Below are positions 1 through 9,114 of a DNA stretch of 29,404 nt, piece by piece. The DNA is from a virus (Duplodnaviria > Caudoviricetes): IMG/VR virus record IMGVR_UViG_3300012948_000015, positions 1 through 29,404 of that record; one strand, 5' to 3'. Both the position numbers and the translations under genes were made by a program. Every line of letters begins with the position of its first letter. The first letter of the stretch is position 1. The notes beneath the pieces are model-generated. The model was not told the DNA's origin. It did no database searches and saw only the letters and a list, made by a program, of their open reading frames with translations.

Positions 1-3000
1 AGTCCCTTAGCGAGTCCTCGGAATAGCGAATCATACCCTATTACCGGAGACCCTGACACGAACACCTGCAGCATGTCTCGTGCAACAATAGCGGGGCGTA
101 GCGCAATACCTCCTGCATAGGAAAGCAGCATCAGTTTGCCCATTACATTCTGCGGAGATGAAAACGTTTCGGGTAACTTCCCACCCTCAGGCAGATACTT
201 GTTCATTTGCTTGAACTTCGCGCCGAGCGCGTCTTGAAAGGCGCCCATGACGGAGTTGATAGCCTTTTGAGACTCGTCGGGTATCCCTCTCATGTAGCGG
301 ACGTAATTCTGCAAAGGCCAGCGGACGGCACCTAGTACGTAGCCACCTTCACGGGACTTGAGGTCGACTAACTTCTGGAGGTCCTCAAGCGGTCCGCCCA
401 CGTAGGATTTTTCCCATCCCTCTCGAATCATCCGTTGTAAAAACCTGCCCAGATGGTTGTCCGACGGATCAAAATCGGTGGTTGTCAACAACTTCTCCCA
501 AAAACCCATACTGCGGGGATTCTTCAGCACTCCCCAACCCGGGACAGAGTCCACCTGCCATACGTTCGCTTTAAGGCGTGGATAAAACTCCCGAAGATAG
601 GTCATTATCGGGATTCCGGTGTCCTGCTGAAACTCTTTTGCGACCTCCTCTATCTTCCTTGCTGCACCCACCTCCTCTGGTTTCAACCGCAACTTTGTGA
701 CCGCTTTGTCCCAATCCTGGGGGTCTTTGGAAAGGAGTTCGAACGCCGTCGGCTGTTTCTCGTGCGACAACAGCGCGAGCTGGTCCCCAAACTTTGTGGT
801 GAACTTATCAAGATAACCCTGTCCTGCTTTCACTCCGTCGTCGACTTTCCGGACCGCATCGAACAACGGATACCTCGCACCCATTCGCTCAAGGGTGGGT
901 TGTAATCTTCGGTCTACCGAAGCCACCCAGGACATGAAGGGTCGTATCCATCCAGAAATCGCTAATACGCCAAAGCCCTCTTTTGTCAAAGGTCTATCAG
1001 GCAAAGGGAGTGTTTTACCTGGCGGGGTACCGCCAGGTGGGATTGGACCGGTCCGTACCCCACGTGCTTGTGCCCACCAGCCGGGATCTGAGGTGTAGTC
1101 GGATACATCCGTTGCAATGATGTGATCCCACATGGAGTTGAGATCTGGAAACTTCGCCACCCCTTCGTTGTCCATCACCGCCCACTCGCCCGAACGAGGA
1201 TCAAAATCCAGTCCCATGTTCATCGGACTGTACTTGATCCTATGAAACATTGCGTCGTCGGTACGGTTAATCAGGTCGTTCAGCTTCCGTCGAAAGTTCG
1301 CGACCCCTGGATTCCCCAGCTTCTCCTCGGTAGCCTCCAGTAGATTTTTCGACACCCCATTCAGGGCCTGGTACAGGTGGTCGATAGTACGGTCCATCTT
1401 CACCAGTTCTTGTAACAACGGGATGTTGTTAAACCGCACCGCTTCGCTTAGGTAGGTTATCGCCTCATTCACCCTCATCTTGAACGGCATGTGCGCGTAA
1501 CCCACCTTCGCGAGTCCAGAAGCGATCTCGGTCATGACTCCGCGCATCTCACGAGGTATCGCGGTCATCGGGTTTATTTCCGCATTAACAAGGTTTGCGT
1601 GGTAGCCCTCGTGGAAGACGGTACCTTTTCCTACTCCTTCTCGTAGTACAACCAGTGGACTATTAGGGAGATTCAACTTCGCCAGGTTAGTGCGGTCCAA
1701 GTCCAGGTTCAACATCTGGATACCCTGCTGCCAACGTGGCCAGGCAACGCCGTTAGCACCTCCTTCCAGGAACGGTGCCAGGAGGTCGAACAACGCGTTG
1801 GGAATTACCACGGTGAGTTTTCCTGGTTTCTGCTTAAACTGCAACCCTGCAGCAGCCTCGGTGTAGGCGGTGCGGAGCTGATACTCATCAGGCGAAAAGC
1901 CTAACGCCTTCAAGGTCTCGATGTCGTCCCGCTTCGTGATAGGCAACCCTATCTCTCCACGAGCCTGGAACTCGGGCGAAGTCCCTAACCCTCCGAAGTT
2001 AGGATTTTGTCGTATGATCTCATTCATATCCACCCGATTAACTCGTACGCCCTTCTTCTCCGCTGCCTGGACGAGTCCTTCGCCCGTGAATCCCTTATCC
2101 ACATACATCTCCTTTATCGCGGACGCCGGTAACTCTTTGTGTATTAGTTCACCCGACATCTCGGACAACGGAACACCATGCTCGAACTTGAACACCACAC
2201 GAGGTGCCTCTTCCACTCCTGCGCTCTCGGGCCCCGCGTAGGTGGTGGCGTCGCCCAAGGTCTGGGTAGTGAAGACATACGGTTGTCGTCCTGGCGGGAT
2301 TCCCTCAAAGTCCTCACGCGGATGCCCTAAGTCGATCAGATCCTCCTTAGTATACCCCTTAAATTTATCCACCAACCCTTCCTGCAGAATCTTCTCCGCG
2401 TTAACAGGACTTGTGCCATGGTAGGAGATCCTACGCTCCTCCGGTGGTTCGGCGGTAACATCACGGACAAAAGGTCTCCTCGCCTGCGGAAGGTCGCCTT
2501 CCAGTCGACCGCGCTCTTCTACTACTGAAGCTTCAGGTCCAACCTGTGCCGTACGCTGTTTCTGGACAACGTCATACAACCTATTTAGTTCCTCCTCTCC
2601 CATATACATGACCGCTTCTAAGTCTGCTTTCTCCGGATCGCCTCCGAACCCTCGTATTATATTCGCTGCCTGCACCTTCGACATTTTGGGCATCTCGCCG
2701 GCCTCGATCCGCCCTTCTGCGATAGTGCGGGCTTCCGCTCCTGCCTGCGCTTCGCCGAGCTTCTGCCATTTTTGCCGCACCGCTGCAAGCTTGGCATTGA
2801 GATCTTCGCCCTCTCGGAGGCTCATCGTGGTTGTCTTACCAGGTGCGACGTCCACATCATAGATGTCAAATGCTTTGCGTCCTTCTACCATTTGGGGCGC
2901 TTTATACCTCACACCTTCGGGTAAAGACCTAGCTCCTACATCGATATTCGTAACCGGAACGCTTGCTACGTCTCCTTTCGGCTCTGCAGCAATTCCCTGC

Positions 3001-4490
3001 TTCTTCAAGGTGTCGACTATCGCGTCGGGCGCTTTCCCTGTTTGCTCCCGCAACAACAGCGATTCGTCATACTTCACTCCGTGTTGGTCTGCCAAACCCC
3101 TCAAAAACTTAACCGCCCGCCCATGGTTGTCCGCATCCCAGGCGAGGGTGTCGAGTGCTCCACCTTGATCAAGCGCCCGCGTAATCGCATTATAAGCGAT
3201 GTCCTCCTTACCCCTCAATACCTCAAAAGGTAGGGTATTTCCGTCCTTGGACTCCAATATCGCCCAGACTCCTTTCTTCTTCGCGTTAGGGTCTAAAAAG
3301 AGATTAGGACGTCCCTCTTGTCTGGACAGCACCTCTTGATTCGACACGTATTCCGCACCAGCGCGGTTCACAGCCTCGGAGACAGGTTTGCCGTCCATAA
3401 CGTCCTGAGCTGCTTTCTTCCCTTCCTCTAACGTGGCGACCGCACCCCTATTCCTCAAGAACGCCGGCAGTCCTAGTGCTAAGTCCCACGCAGTACCGAC
3501 CGCAAAACCTCGCAGCCCAGCGGTGAGTCTATCCCCTTCCTTGTCCGCTCCTGCCTCGTACGCCGCAAAGGCGAGGCCACCTCTTAACGCCCGATTCGCG
3601 AGTTCGATGGTCCGAGCGGAGGTAAAGGCCTTCGCCGCAATCGCAGCAGACAACGGTTCGGCCATCTTCAGCGCACCGCCTAAGGGTATCCCCATTCCCG
3701 CAAGTCCGCCCACCAGTTCCGGTCCTGCCGCGCTAACTCCTTCACGCCGTGCTATACCCTGCAGTTTCTCCTCTCCTTCCAATATCTTCGCGTAGACATC
3801 GTCTAATCCGGGGTACCACGACAGCGGTGCTAACGCGGATTTATCCAAAGCAGCGAGGCCAAGATTGATCTTTAGTCCAGTCTTACCAAGCGGGCCGAGG
3901 AGTGACGGCCGTTCCGTACCCCTCTTGAAATCGTTCCACGCGCCCGCCACGCTCGCAGGGTGTTGGTAAGGCATGATGTGGTCGCGGAAGTATTTCTCCC
4001 GCAACATGTCGTAGTCCTGTTGTGGCATCATAGGGTCGAGGTTACGCGCCAGGTCGTTGAAAGGAGGTACTACCTTCGGTTTCGGACCGGAAGTATCTAC
4101 TGGAGGTGCGCTAACCTTTCCATACCCTTCCCGCAAGGCCATAGCCTGCACAAGGTCTTTTTTCTGCCCTTCGTCTAAGTCCTGCAACATCGGATTTCCG
4201 CTTATACGAGGTGCGACCTCTGCCCCATAGCCTCCGCCAGACCAGGTTCTCATTGCAGTGTTGAGGTCCAGTCGTCGGTAAAATCCGTTGAACAAAAGGT
4301 CCTGAGCGGCCTCAAAGCCTTTATCCGGACTGCTGAAGCGCAAGAAGTTACCTCCATCCCTAGCAGGTTCACCGATCTCCGCATCGCCCGCGTCCACCCA
4401 CTTACGGGTACCGACGCCCAGTTTCATGTTTAACGGATTGTTATGGCGTTCCGCAACTGAAAGGGTAGGGAGTGCGATCTCAGGCCTCAT
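1..4490 (-). CDS. Large polyvalent DNA-ejection/internal virion protein, over 1,490 aa, truncated at the window edge; lysozyme-like + ADP-ribosyltransferase + zincin metallopeptidase domains
   Basis: The ATG at 4490 overlaps the upstream stop (ATGA). Hand translation (MRPEIALPTLSVAERHNNPLNMK...) stays open to base 1, which explains its absence from the ORF track. Motifs: RHNNPLN...FLRFSSPDKG...AMALREG at the N-terminus; YHGTS at 2409-2423; HEGYH at 1599-1613. It is the third and largest gene after the GNAT gene, the usual podovirus ejection-protein position. Confidence 0.85.
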   Translation of the reverse strand, partial: MRPEIALPTLSVAERHNNPLNMKLGVGTRKWVDAGDAEIGEPARDGGNFLRFSSPDKGFEAAQDLLFNGFYRRLDLNTAMRTWSGGGYGAEVAPRISGNPMLQDLDEGQKKDLVQAMALREGYGKVSAPPVDTSGPKPKVVPPFNDLARNLDPMMPQQDYDMLREKYFRDHIMPYQHPASVAGAWNDFKRGTERPSLLGPLGKTGLKINLGLAALDKSALAPLSWYPGLDDVYAKILEGEEKLQGIARREGVSAAGPELVGGLAGMGIPLGGALKMAEPLSAAIAAKAFTSARTIELANRALRGGLAFAAYEAGADKEGDRLTAGLRGFAVGTAWDLALGLPAFLRNRGAVATLEEGKKAAQDVMDGKPVSEAVNRAGAEYVSNQEVLSRQEGRPNLFLDPNAKKKGVWAILESKDGNTLPFEVLRGKEDIAYNAITRALDQGGALDTLAWDADNHGRAVKFLRGLADQHGVKYDESLLLREQTGKAPDAIVDTLKKQGIAAEPKGDVASVPVTNIDVGARSLPEGVRYKAPQMVEGRKAFDIYDVDVAPGKTTTMSLREGEDLNAKLAAVRQKWQKLGEAQAGAEARTIAEGRIEAGEMPKMSKVQAANIIRGFGGDPEKADLEAVMYMGEEELNRLYDVVQKQRTAQVGPEASVVEERGRLEGDLPQARRPFVRDVTAEPPEERRISYHGTSPVNAEKILQEGLVDKFKGYTKEDLIDLGHPREDFEGIPPGRQPYVFTTQTLGDATTYAGPESAGVEEAPRVVFKFEHGVPLSEMSGELIHKELPASAIKEMYVDKGFTGEGLVQAAEKKGVRVNRVDMNEIIRQNPNFGGLGTSPEFQARGEIGLPITKRDDIETLKALGFSPDEYQLRTAYTEAAAGLQFKQKPGKLTVVIPNALFDLLAPFLEGGANGVAWPRWQQGIQMLNLDLDRTNLAKLNLPNSPLVVLREGVGKGTVFHEGYHANLVNAEINPMTAIPREMRGVMTEIASGLAKVGYAHMPFKMRVNEAITYLSEAVRFNNIPLLQELVKMDRTIDHLYQALNGVSKNLLEATEEKLGNPGVANFRRKLNDLINRTDDAMFHRIKYSPMNMGLDFDPRSGEWAVMDNEGVAKFPDLNSMWDHIIATDVSDYTSDPGWWAQARGVRTGPIPPGGTPPGKTLPLPDRPLTKEGFGVLAISGWIRPFMSWVASVDRRLQPTLERMGARYPLFDAVRKVDDGVKAGQGYLDKFTTKFGDQLALLSHEKQPTAFELLSKDPQDWDKAVTKLRLKPEEVGAARKIEEVAKEFQQDTGIPIMTYLREFYPRLKANVWQVDSVPGWGVLKNPRSMGFWEKLLTTTDFDPSDNHLGRFLQRMIREGWEKSYVGGPLEDLQKLVDLKSREGGYVLGAVRWPLQNYVRYMRGIPDESQKAINSVMGAFQDALGAKFKQMNKYLPEGGKLPETFSSPQNVMGKLMLLSYAGGIALRPAIVARDMLQVFVSGSPVIGYDSLFRGLAKG

Positions 4491-6148
4491 CTGCTAATCC
4501 CCGGAATTATACTCTGCACATCCGCGCTTCGCATAGGAGGGACGCCTCCTTCCTTGATCTTTTGCTCCACAGGTGTACGAGGCCTAGGCGCTCCAGTTGG
4601 CGGAATCCCCAACTGAGGTGCACCCGCAGCTCCTGGTGAAGGACTTGTTGCTCCAGGTCTAAAGGTGTAGTAAGGTTGTCCAGTCTCAGGATAGATATTT
4701 CCGAAACTCAGCCAGTTGAGGATAGACTTTATTACTCCCGGATCGTTCAGTTCGGGAATCAACCTCATTCGAGAAGCGGCTTCGTTCACCATGCCCTGCA
4801 CGTATGTAGGGTCTACCGACCCCTTAGAATACCTCAGCATGTCAATCATGCTGCTGAACTGTTGATGGAAAGCCTCGTTCTCCGTCTTTGATAGCTCCAC
4901 CTCTAACAACCGTGCCTGGCGGGCGGTCTCTAACTTGGCTTGTTCGATCGCCAACTGCGTCCGCTTTTGTTCCTCACTAGCTCCCGTCACAGCAGCCTGC
5001 GCTTGTAAGCGCGCATACTCCAACTTCTGCTGTGCGATGGGCACAAAATCTTTCGGCAACGCATCGGACAAACTTGCTCCGTTCCCGACCGAACGCGCAA
5101 CGTCCTGCGCTTGTTTAGAGGACAGCCCTATCTCCAGCATTTGGTTATATATCTCCGCTTCCTTTGCGGTTCTGTTGAGATCTGGTTTGAGATTCACCTG
5201 CCCACCCTCCGCATAACGGCGGGCATCCGCCAGGGTGTCAAACCGTCCGGTCTGAAAGAGGTCGGTGGACATCTTGCTAAAACGCCCTTCCTTCAGCGCT
5301 TGGGATTCCCCTCCACTAGCCACGTTCAACATGTTTTCTACTTTGTCTGGACCTCCGCCCACCATCACCAACTCTTCTGGAGTGAGATGCGTCTTACCCA
5401 ACGACAACAACCTCCCAGTAGCCTGCATCCTGACGGTCGGATCAGGCGAAGCGATGTCCATTTGTACTTGAGAAATAAACTGATCCACTTGCGACTTCAT
5501 GTGTTCGGACATTCGGGCATCCGCCAACTTCTGCCGAGTGTCGTTGATCATCTGCTGGTAGGGACTAACCCCTTCCGGTGGTCCTGGAGTAAAAGGTTGT
5601 GGAGGGGATATATTCGTCTCTGGTCCTGGGGTGGGTTCCAGTCGAGTGGTCAGCGCATCAGCAGCTGCAGGGCCTGGCGCTACTCCCGCTACTCCGCCTA
5701 GTCCTCCCGACACCCCTTGTTCCACCACTCCAGTCCCTGCGGGCACTGTTTTCTGGACTCCCCCGCCTGGGGACTTAGTGACTGCGCTTCTCCCTGGAGG
5801 TGTAGCGGCTTGCGCACCACCTTTAGGGGCGAGCGTACTACCTCCTTTCGTCACCTCCTGGGGCGTTACCCTCCCTTGTGCTATCGCAGCTACTCCGTCG
5901 TAGTTCACACCCGCGGCCTTGGCGGTTTTCTGGAATTCTTTCTCTTCAGGATATATCCCGTACTTTTCTCCTATGTCCAACATGGTTTTCAGCGTCCCCT
6001 GCGCAGCTTGTTGTTGCTGTGCTTTAATCCGCCCGACCGCCTCTACCAAGGACAGGATGTCCGGTCCTTGACCTCCTGCTCCACCCGCAGGTTGTGGTAC
6101 GCTCGCAATTCCCGCTAGCCCACTCACTACATTCGCTTCGCCTGGCAT
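4487..6148 (-). CDS. Putative DNA-ejection (internal virion) protein, 553 aa
   Basis: GGAGG RBS. G/A/P/Q-rich with helical/coiled-coil stretches. Middle gene of the three after the GNAT gene (position of T7 gp15 / P22 gp20). Confidence 0.65.
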   Translation of the reverse strand: MPGEANVVSGLAGIASVPQPAGGAGGQGPDILSLVEAVGRIKAQQQQAAQGTLKTMLDIGEKYGIYPEEKEFQKTAKAAGVNYDGVAAIAQGRVTPQEVTKGGSTLAPKGGAQAATPPGRSAVTKSPGGGVQKTVPAGTGVVEQGVSGGLGGVAGVAPGPAAADALTTRLEPTPGPETNISPPQPFTPGPPEGVSPYQQMINDTRQKLADARMSEHMKSQVDQFISQVQMDIASPDPTVRMQATGRLLSLGKTHLTPEELVMVGGGPDKVENMLNVASGGESQALKEGRFSKMSTDLFQTGRFDTLADARRYAEGGQVNLKPDLNRTAKEAEIYNQMLEIGLSSKQAQDVARSVGNGASLSDALPKDFVPIAQQKLEYARLQAQAAVTGASEEQKRTQLAIEQAKLETARQARLLEVELSKTENEAFHQQFSSMIDMLRYSKGSVDPTYVQGMVNEAASRMRLIPELNDPGVIKSILNWLSFGNIYPETGQPYYTFRPGATSPSPGAAGAPQLGIPPTGAPRPRTPVEQKIKEGGVPPMRSADVQSIIPGISR

Positions 6149-6157
6149 AAGGTCCTC

Positions 6158-6793
6158 CTATATAATCCCAAAAGCTTTCAACATTGCAATCTGTTGAAGT
6201 CCACTACCCGCGGAACTTAGTCCTGCGCCTAACGGACTCTGCCCTCCGGTCGTCAGCGCTGCGGTCGGCGCCAGAGTCATCGCAGAACCTGAATACAGTT
6301 GTGACAACATATTTGCAGCAGACAAGCTACGCCCTGCAGCGGACTCGTTCATTTGTCGAAAGAGGTCTGCCAACACCTGGGTGAAGTCCTTGGAGCTCTG
6401 GGTTTCGAAGTCCGTCAGCGCAGTCGCCCTCGTACTCCCGTAAGCGGGTAAATTCTCTAGTATATTCGCGCGGCTTTCGTCTCTCGTCCGTTGCGAAGCA
6501 GCTCTCATCGCCTCGTAGGATGGCATTACATCCACTGGATTGCCAGTCGCAGCGGTCTGCTGAAGGGTGTTGAGGCCCTGCGTTCCTGCAGGTAGCAGAT
6601 TAGACAAATACGCCTGGTTCAACCACGGAAATACAGGCGCTGGCGGCGGTACCGGAGTTAGCTTCGGATTCGCTGCCTTCGCGCCGAGTATACCTCCTAA
6701 CGCGCTAGCTCCCATACCTCCAAGGAACATTCCTAGTCCCGCACCATGCATACCAGGTATTGCGGCTCCCGCTACTAATCCCGCCATCGGCAT
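6158..6793 (-). CDS. Putative small DNA-ejection protein, 211 aa
   Basis: AGGAGG RBS. Gly/Ala-rich hydrophobic N- and C-termini with a Gln/Ser/Ala-rich helical core. Position of P22 gp7 / T7 gp14. Confidence 0.65.
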   Translation of the reverse strand: MPMAGLVAGAAIPGMHGAGLGMFLGGMGASALGGILGAKAANPKLTPVPPPAPVFPWLNQAYLSNLLPAGTQGLNTLQQTAATGNPVDVMPSYEAMRAASQRTRDESRANILENLPAYGSTRATALTDFETQSSKDFTQVLADLFRQMNESAAGRSLSAANMLSQLYSGSAMTLAPTAALTTGGQSPLGAGLSSAGSGLQQIAMLKAFGII

Positions 6794-6802
6794 GTGATCC
6801 TC

Positions 6803-7315
6803 CTACTGTCGGTCGAACTCGGATCGTAGTAATCCGAACAGGTGAACGTCAGAATACTTTTTATTAACTAAGAATGACTGCCGTATAATCCCTTCAGTCT
6901 TATACCCTAACACGTGCGCAAGACGTCGTGCCTGCAGATTTTGATCTGGAATAAACGCGCTAATCCGGTGCAACGAGTACTCGTAAAATAAATACGCTTC
7001 TAAGGATTTAATCGCAGAAATCAACTCGTGCGCAGACACCTTATCCCACATGCTGAGGTGGAGGTTGGTGCTCAGCAGCGGAACCACGTTCGACGCGGTG
7101 ATTAGTCCTTTCATGTCTCCGACTTCGAAAAACAGGTTGCCAGGTATCGCGAATTGGTTGATGAACAACATAGGGTCGTGTCGTACGATATCATCAAATG
7201 CGTAGTCTTGTGCGCGGAGATGGTCCCAGAGTTCCTGAAACCGCTCGCCAGGATAATCCCGCAGGACTATCATCTTCAGCAAAGGATGAAATACAGGTGT
7301 TGTGGTAGTACTCAT
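6803..7315 (-). CDS. GNAT-family acetyltransferase-like protein (RimJ/RimL type)
   Basis: LHRISAFIPDQNLQARRLAHVLGYKTEGIIRQ...DVHLFGLLRSE is the RimJ/RimL C-terminal signature. GNAT-fold genes commonly precede podovirus ejection genes. Confidence 0.85.
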   Translation of the reverse strand: MSTTTTPVFHPLLKMIVLRDYPGERFQELWDHLRAQDYAFDDIVRHDPMLFINQFAIPGNLFFEVGDMKGLITASNVVPLLSTNLHLSMWDKVSAHELISAIKSLEAYLFYEYSLHRISAFIPDQNLQARRLAHVLGYKTEGIIRQSFLVNKKYSDVHLFGLLRSEFDRQ

Positions 7316-7821
7316 AACAACGGGATTGTGATCTGTCCTACTACGTATACACTGCTAGGGTTTGCAGGCCATTGGGTAAAATCATTCGTGTAAAGCTGCA
7401 GGTGGTTGCGCTCCGTAGCAACTCCTTGGTACAACCCGCCTGGTTTCATCGCGAGTGTTCCAGCGGGCGAATACGCCATCGCGGAGCCGATGAAGACCGG
7501 GGAGTCTTCTAGAAAAACACTCAACGGAAACGGCATTGTGATGTCGATAAAGTCGATGTTGGACGTGATGATAAAGGACGTCTGCACAGTCACCGCTAAC
7601 GCGTTGATGGTCTGAAAGGCGTAAATCCCCTGATCCGTTCCACCCGGCGTTATCGAACAGTTAGCCGTACACCCGCTCGTGATGTCATTCACACCACCCG
7701 ATATCGTCGCCGACGACAGCGCGTTGAAGTACTTCGCCACTTCGCTCCAGACAGCTTGTAGAGCAGCACGCACCTTCTCGTCTACGTCAAATCGCCAGTT
7801 GACAATCGTTGGCATTCGCAT
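7312..7821 (-). CDS. Putative tail needle/short fibre-like virion protein, 169 aa
   Basis: AGGA RBS. Amphipathic N-terminal helix followed by a beta-rich domain. Lies between the tail module and the GNAT gene, with an ATGA overlap downstream. Confidence 0.45.
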   Translation of the reverse strand: MRMPTIVNWRFDVDEKVRAALQAVWSEVAKYFNALSSATISGGVNDITSGCTANCSITPGGTDQGIYAFQTINALAVTVQTSFIITSNIDFIDITMPFPLSVFLEDSPVFIGSAMAYSPAGTLAMKPGGLYQGVATERNHLQLYTNDFTQWPANPSSVYVVGQITIPLL

Positions 7822-7830
7822 AAGCAGTTC

Positions 7831-8016
7831 CTAACTCACCACGATAGTGCACACCAGTTCATCGGTACGGTGCGCCTTGACCCCCAGCACAGCCACTTGG
7901 GTCACCGCTGCGGACGGCGCACCTCCTACCAGTTCTTGTATTACCTGGGTGATACGGGCGTCGGGTGCTCCGCCGACCAACTCCTGCACCACCTGTGTTA
8001 CGTTTGCATCACCCAT
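7831..8016 (-). CDS. Small 61-aa repeat protein (16-aa TQVxQELVGGAP repeats), tail-module associated
   Basis: The ATG at 8016 overlaps the upstream TAA (TAATG), so the start is revised from 8070. Repeat copies differ mostly at synonymous positions, which supports real coding. Confidence 0.7.
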   Translation of the reverse strand: MGDANVTQVVQELVGGAPDARITQVIQELVGGAPSAAVTQVAVLGVKAHRTDELVCTIVVS

Positions 8017-9110
8017 TAGACTGTCACCTTTTGTCCTTTCACAGCTGCATTGAACCCACCTTGGGTCCAAGGAAGTCCGGTGTTAGGGTCTGTCTCAAAA
8101 ACTCCTTGGTAATTGAAGTAGGTGGTGGACAACGGAAGGTCTGTCGCACTAGGTGTGGTGGTTGCTCCGCTTTTAACGGAAGCTCGAATAGAACGAGGGG
8201 ATCCGTCGGTCTTCCTGGCGATGATGTTGATTATCATTGCTTTGATTACCGAAGCGGTAATCGCAGGAAATACGTAGTGGTCGATATTTCCCACTGTGGA
8301 AGAGAACACGTAGTCGGTGTCCCCGTTGGGCGGGTTTTCGTCCACCTGCGAGAAGTTAGCGCCGGAGTCCGTTCCACCTCGCGAGAAGTCCAGTGGAGTG
8401 CTGTTGGCGGTAGGGAAGGCGGTTACGACCGCCTGATCTCCGATAAAGTTATTGTTAAGCGTACCGAAGGTGTCGATTGAGATCGAATCGTCAAGATCGC
8501 ACTGGAGGTTTTGCGTGTTGTCGTTGTTACCGTTATTTCCGAACATTCCGATGTTGTACGCGGTGGCCTGGTTTCCGCCCGAACCTTTGGTGTTGACTCC
8601 TGTAAGGGACAGAACAACATCACCGTCAACCCGGACCTCGACCGTACCGTTCGTGCCGTGAAACATCACCTTGAACTCTAAATACCTCCAAACGTTAAGA
8701 AGCAGCTGACGAGTGGTAGTACCTAACAGGGTGTTACTTCCATTGTAGACAAGCAACTGACCGCTGGCGTCTAGATGAAAGCTAATCTGTTTGTTTGTGC
8801 CATCTGCCCACGAGAAGAACTCTCCGTGGTGTTGTCCGCGGTTAGCGCCCACCAACGGGAAGAGCGTGGGTCGGATCGCAATCCCATGGATCGCAGTGGA
8901 TAAAGCAGCCTGATAAGGCTCTTGGATGTAGACAAACTGAGAAGCAGCTGGTGATTGCCACGTGCCGACCTGATAACGTAGTCCAGCGGTGCCCGTACGC
9001 TTGGAACCTGCCTGGACTAACATCAGCGATCCCCCAAGGGAATTGACTACTGAATATCGCAGGGTTAAGTCAGTGTAGTTGTCCCATCCGTCTGCGGATC
9101 TAATACTCAT
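8016..9110 (-). CDS. Virion structural protein with a LamG/concanavalin-like beta-sandwich, 364 aa
   Basis: Start revised to the ATG at 9110 (AGGA RBS). WRYLEFKVMFHGTNGTVEVRVDG...DLDD fits a LamG-like pattern. G/N/T-rich, no signal peptide. Confidence 0.6.
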   Translation of the reverse strand: MSIRSADGWDNYTDLTLRYSVVNSLGGSLMLVQAGSKRTGTAGLRYQVGTWQSPAASQFVYIQEPYQAALSTAIHGIAIRPTLFPLVGANRGQHHGEFFSWADGTNKQISFHLDASGQLLVYNGSNTLLGTTTRQLLLNVWRYLEFKVMFHGTNGTVEVRVDGDVVLSLTGVNTKGSGGNQATAYNIGMFGNNGNNDNTQNLQCDLDDSISIDTFGTLNNNFIGDQAVVTAFPTANSTPLDFSRGGTDSGANFSQVDENPPNGDTDYVFSSTVGNIDHYVFPAITASVIKAMIINIIARKTDGSPRSIRASVKSGATTTPSATDLPLSTTYFNYQGVFETDPNTGLPWTQGGFNAAVKGQKVTV

Positions 9111-9114
9111 ATGG

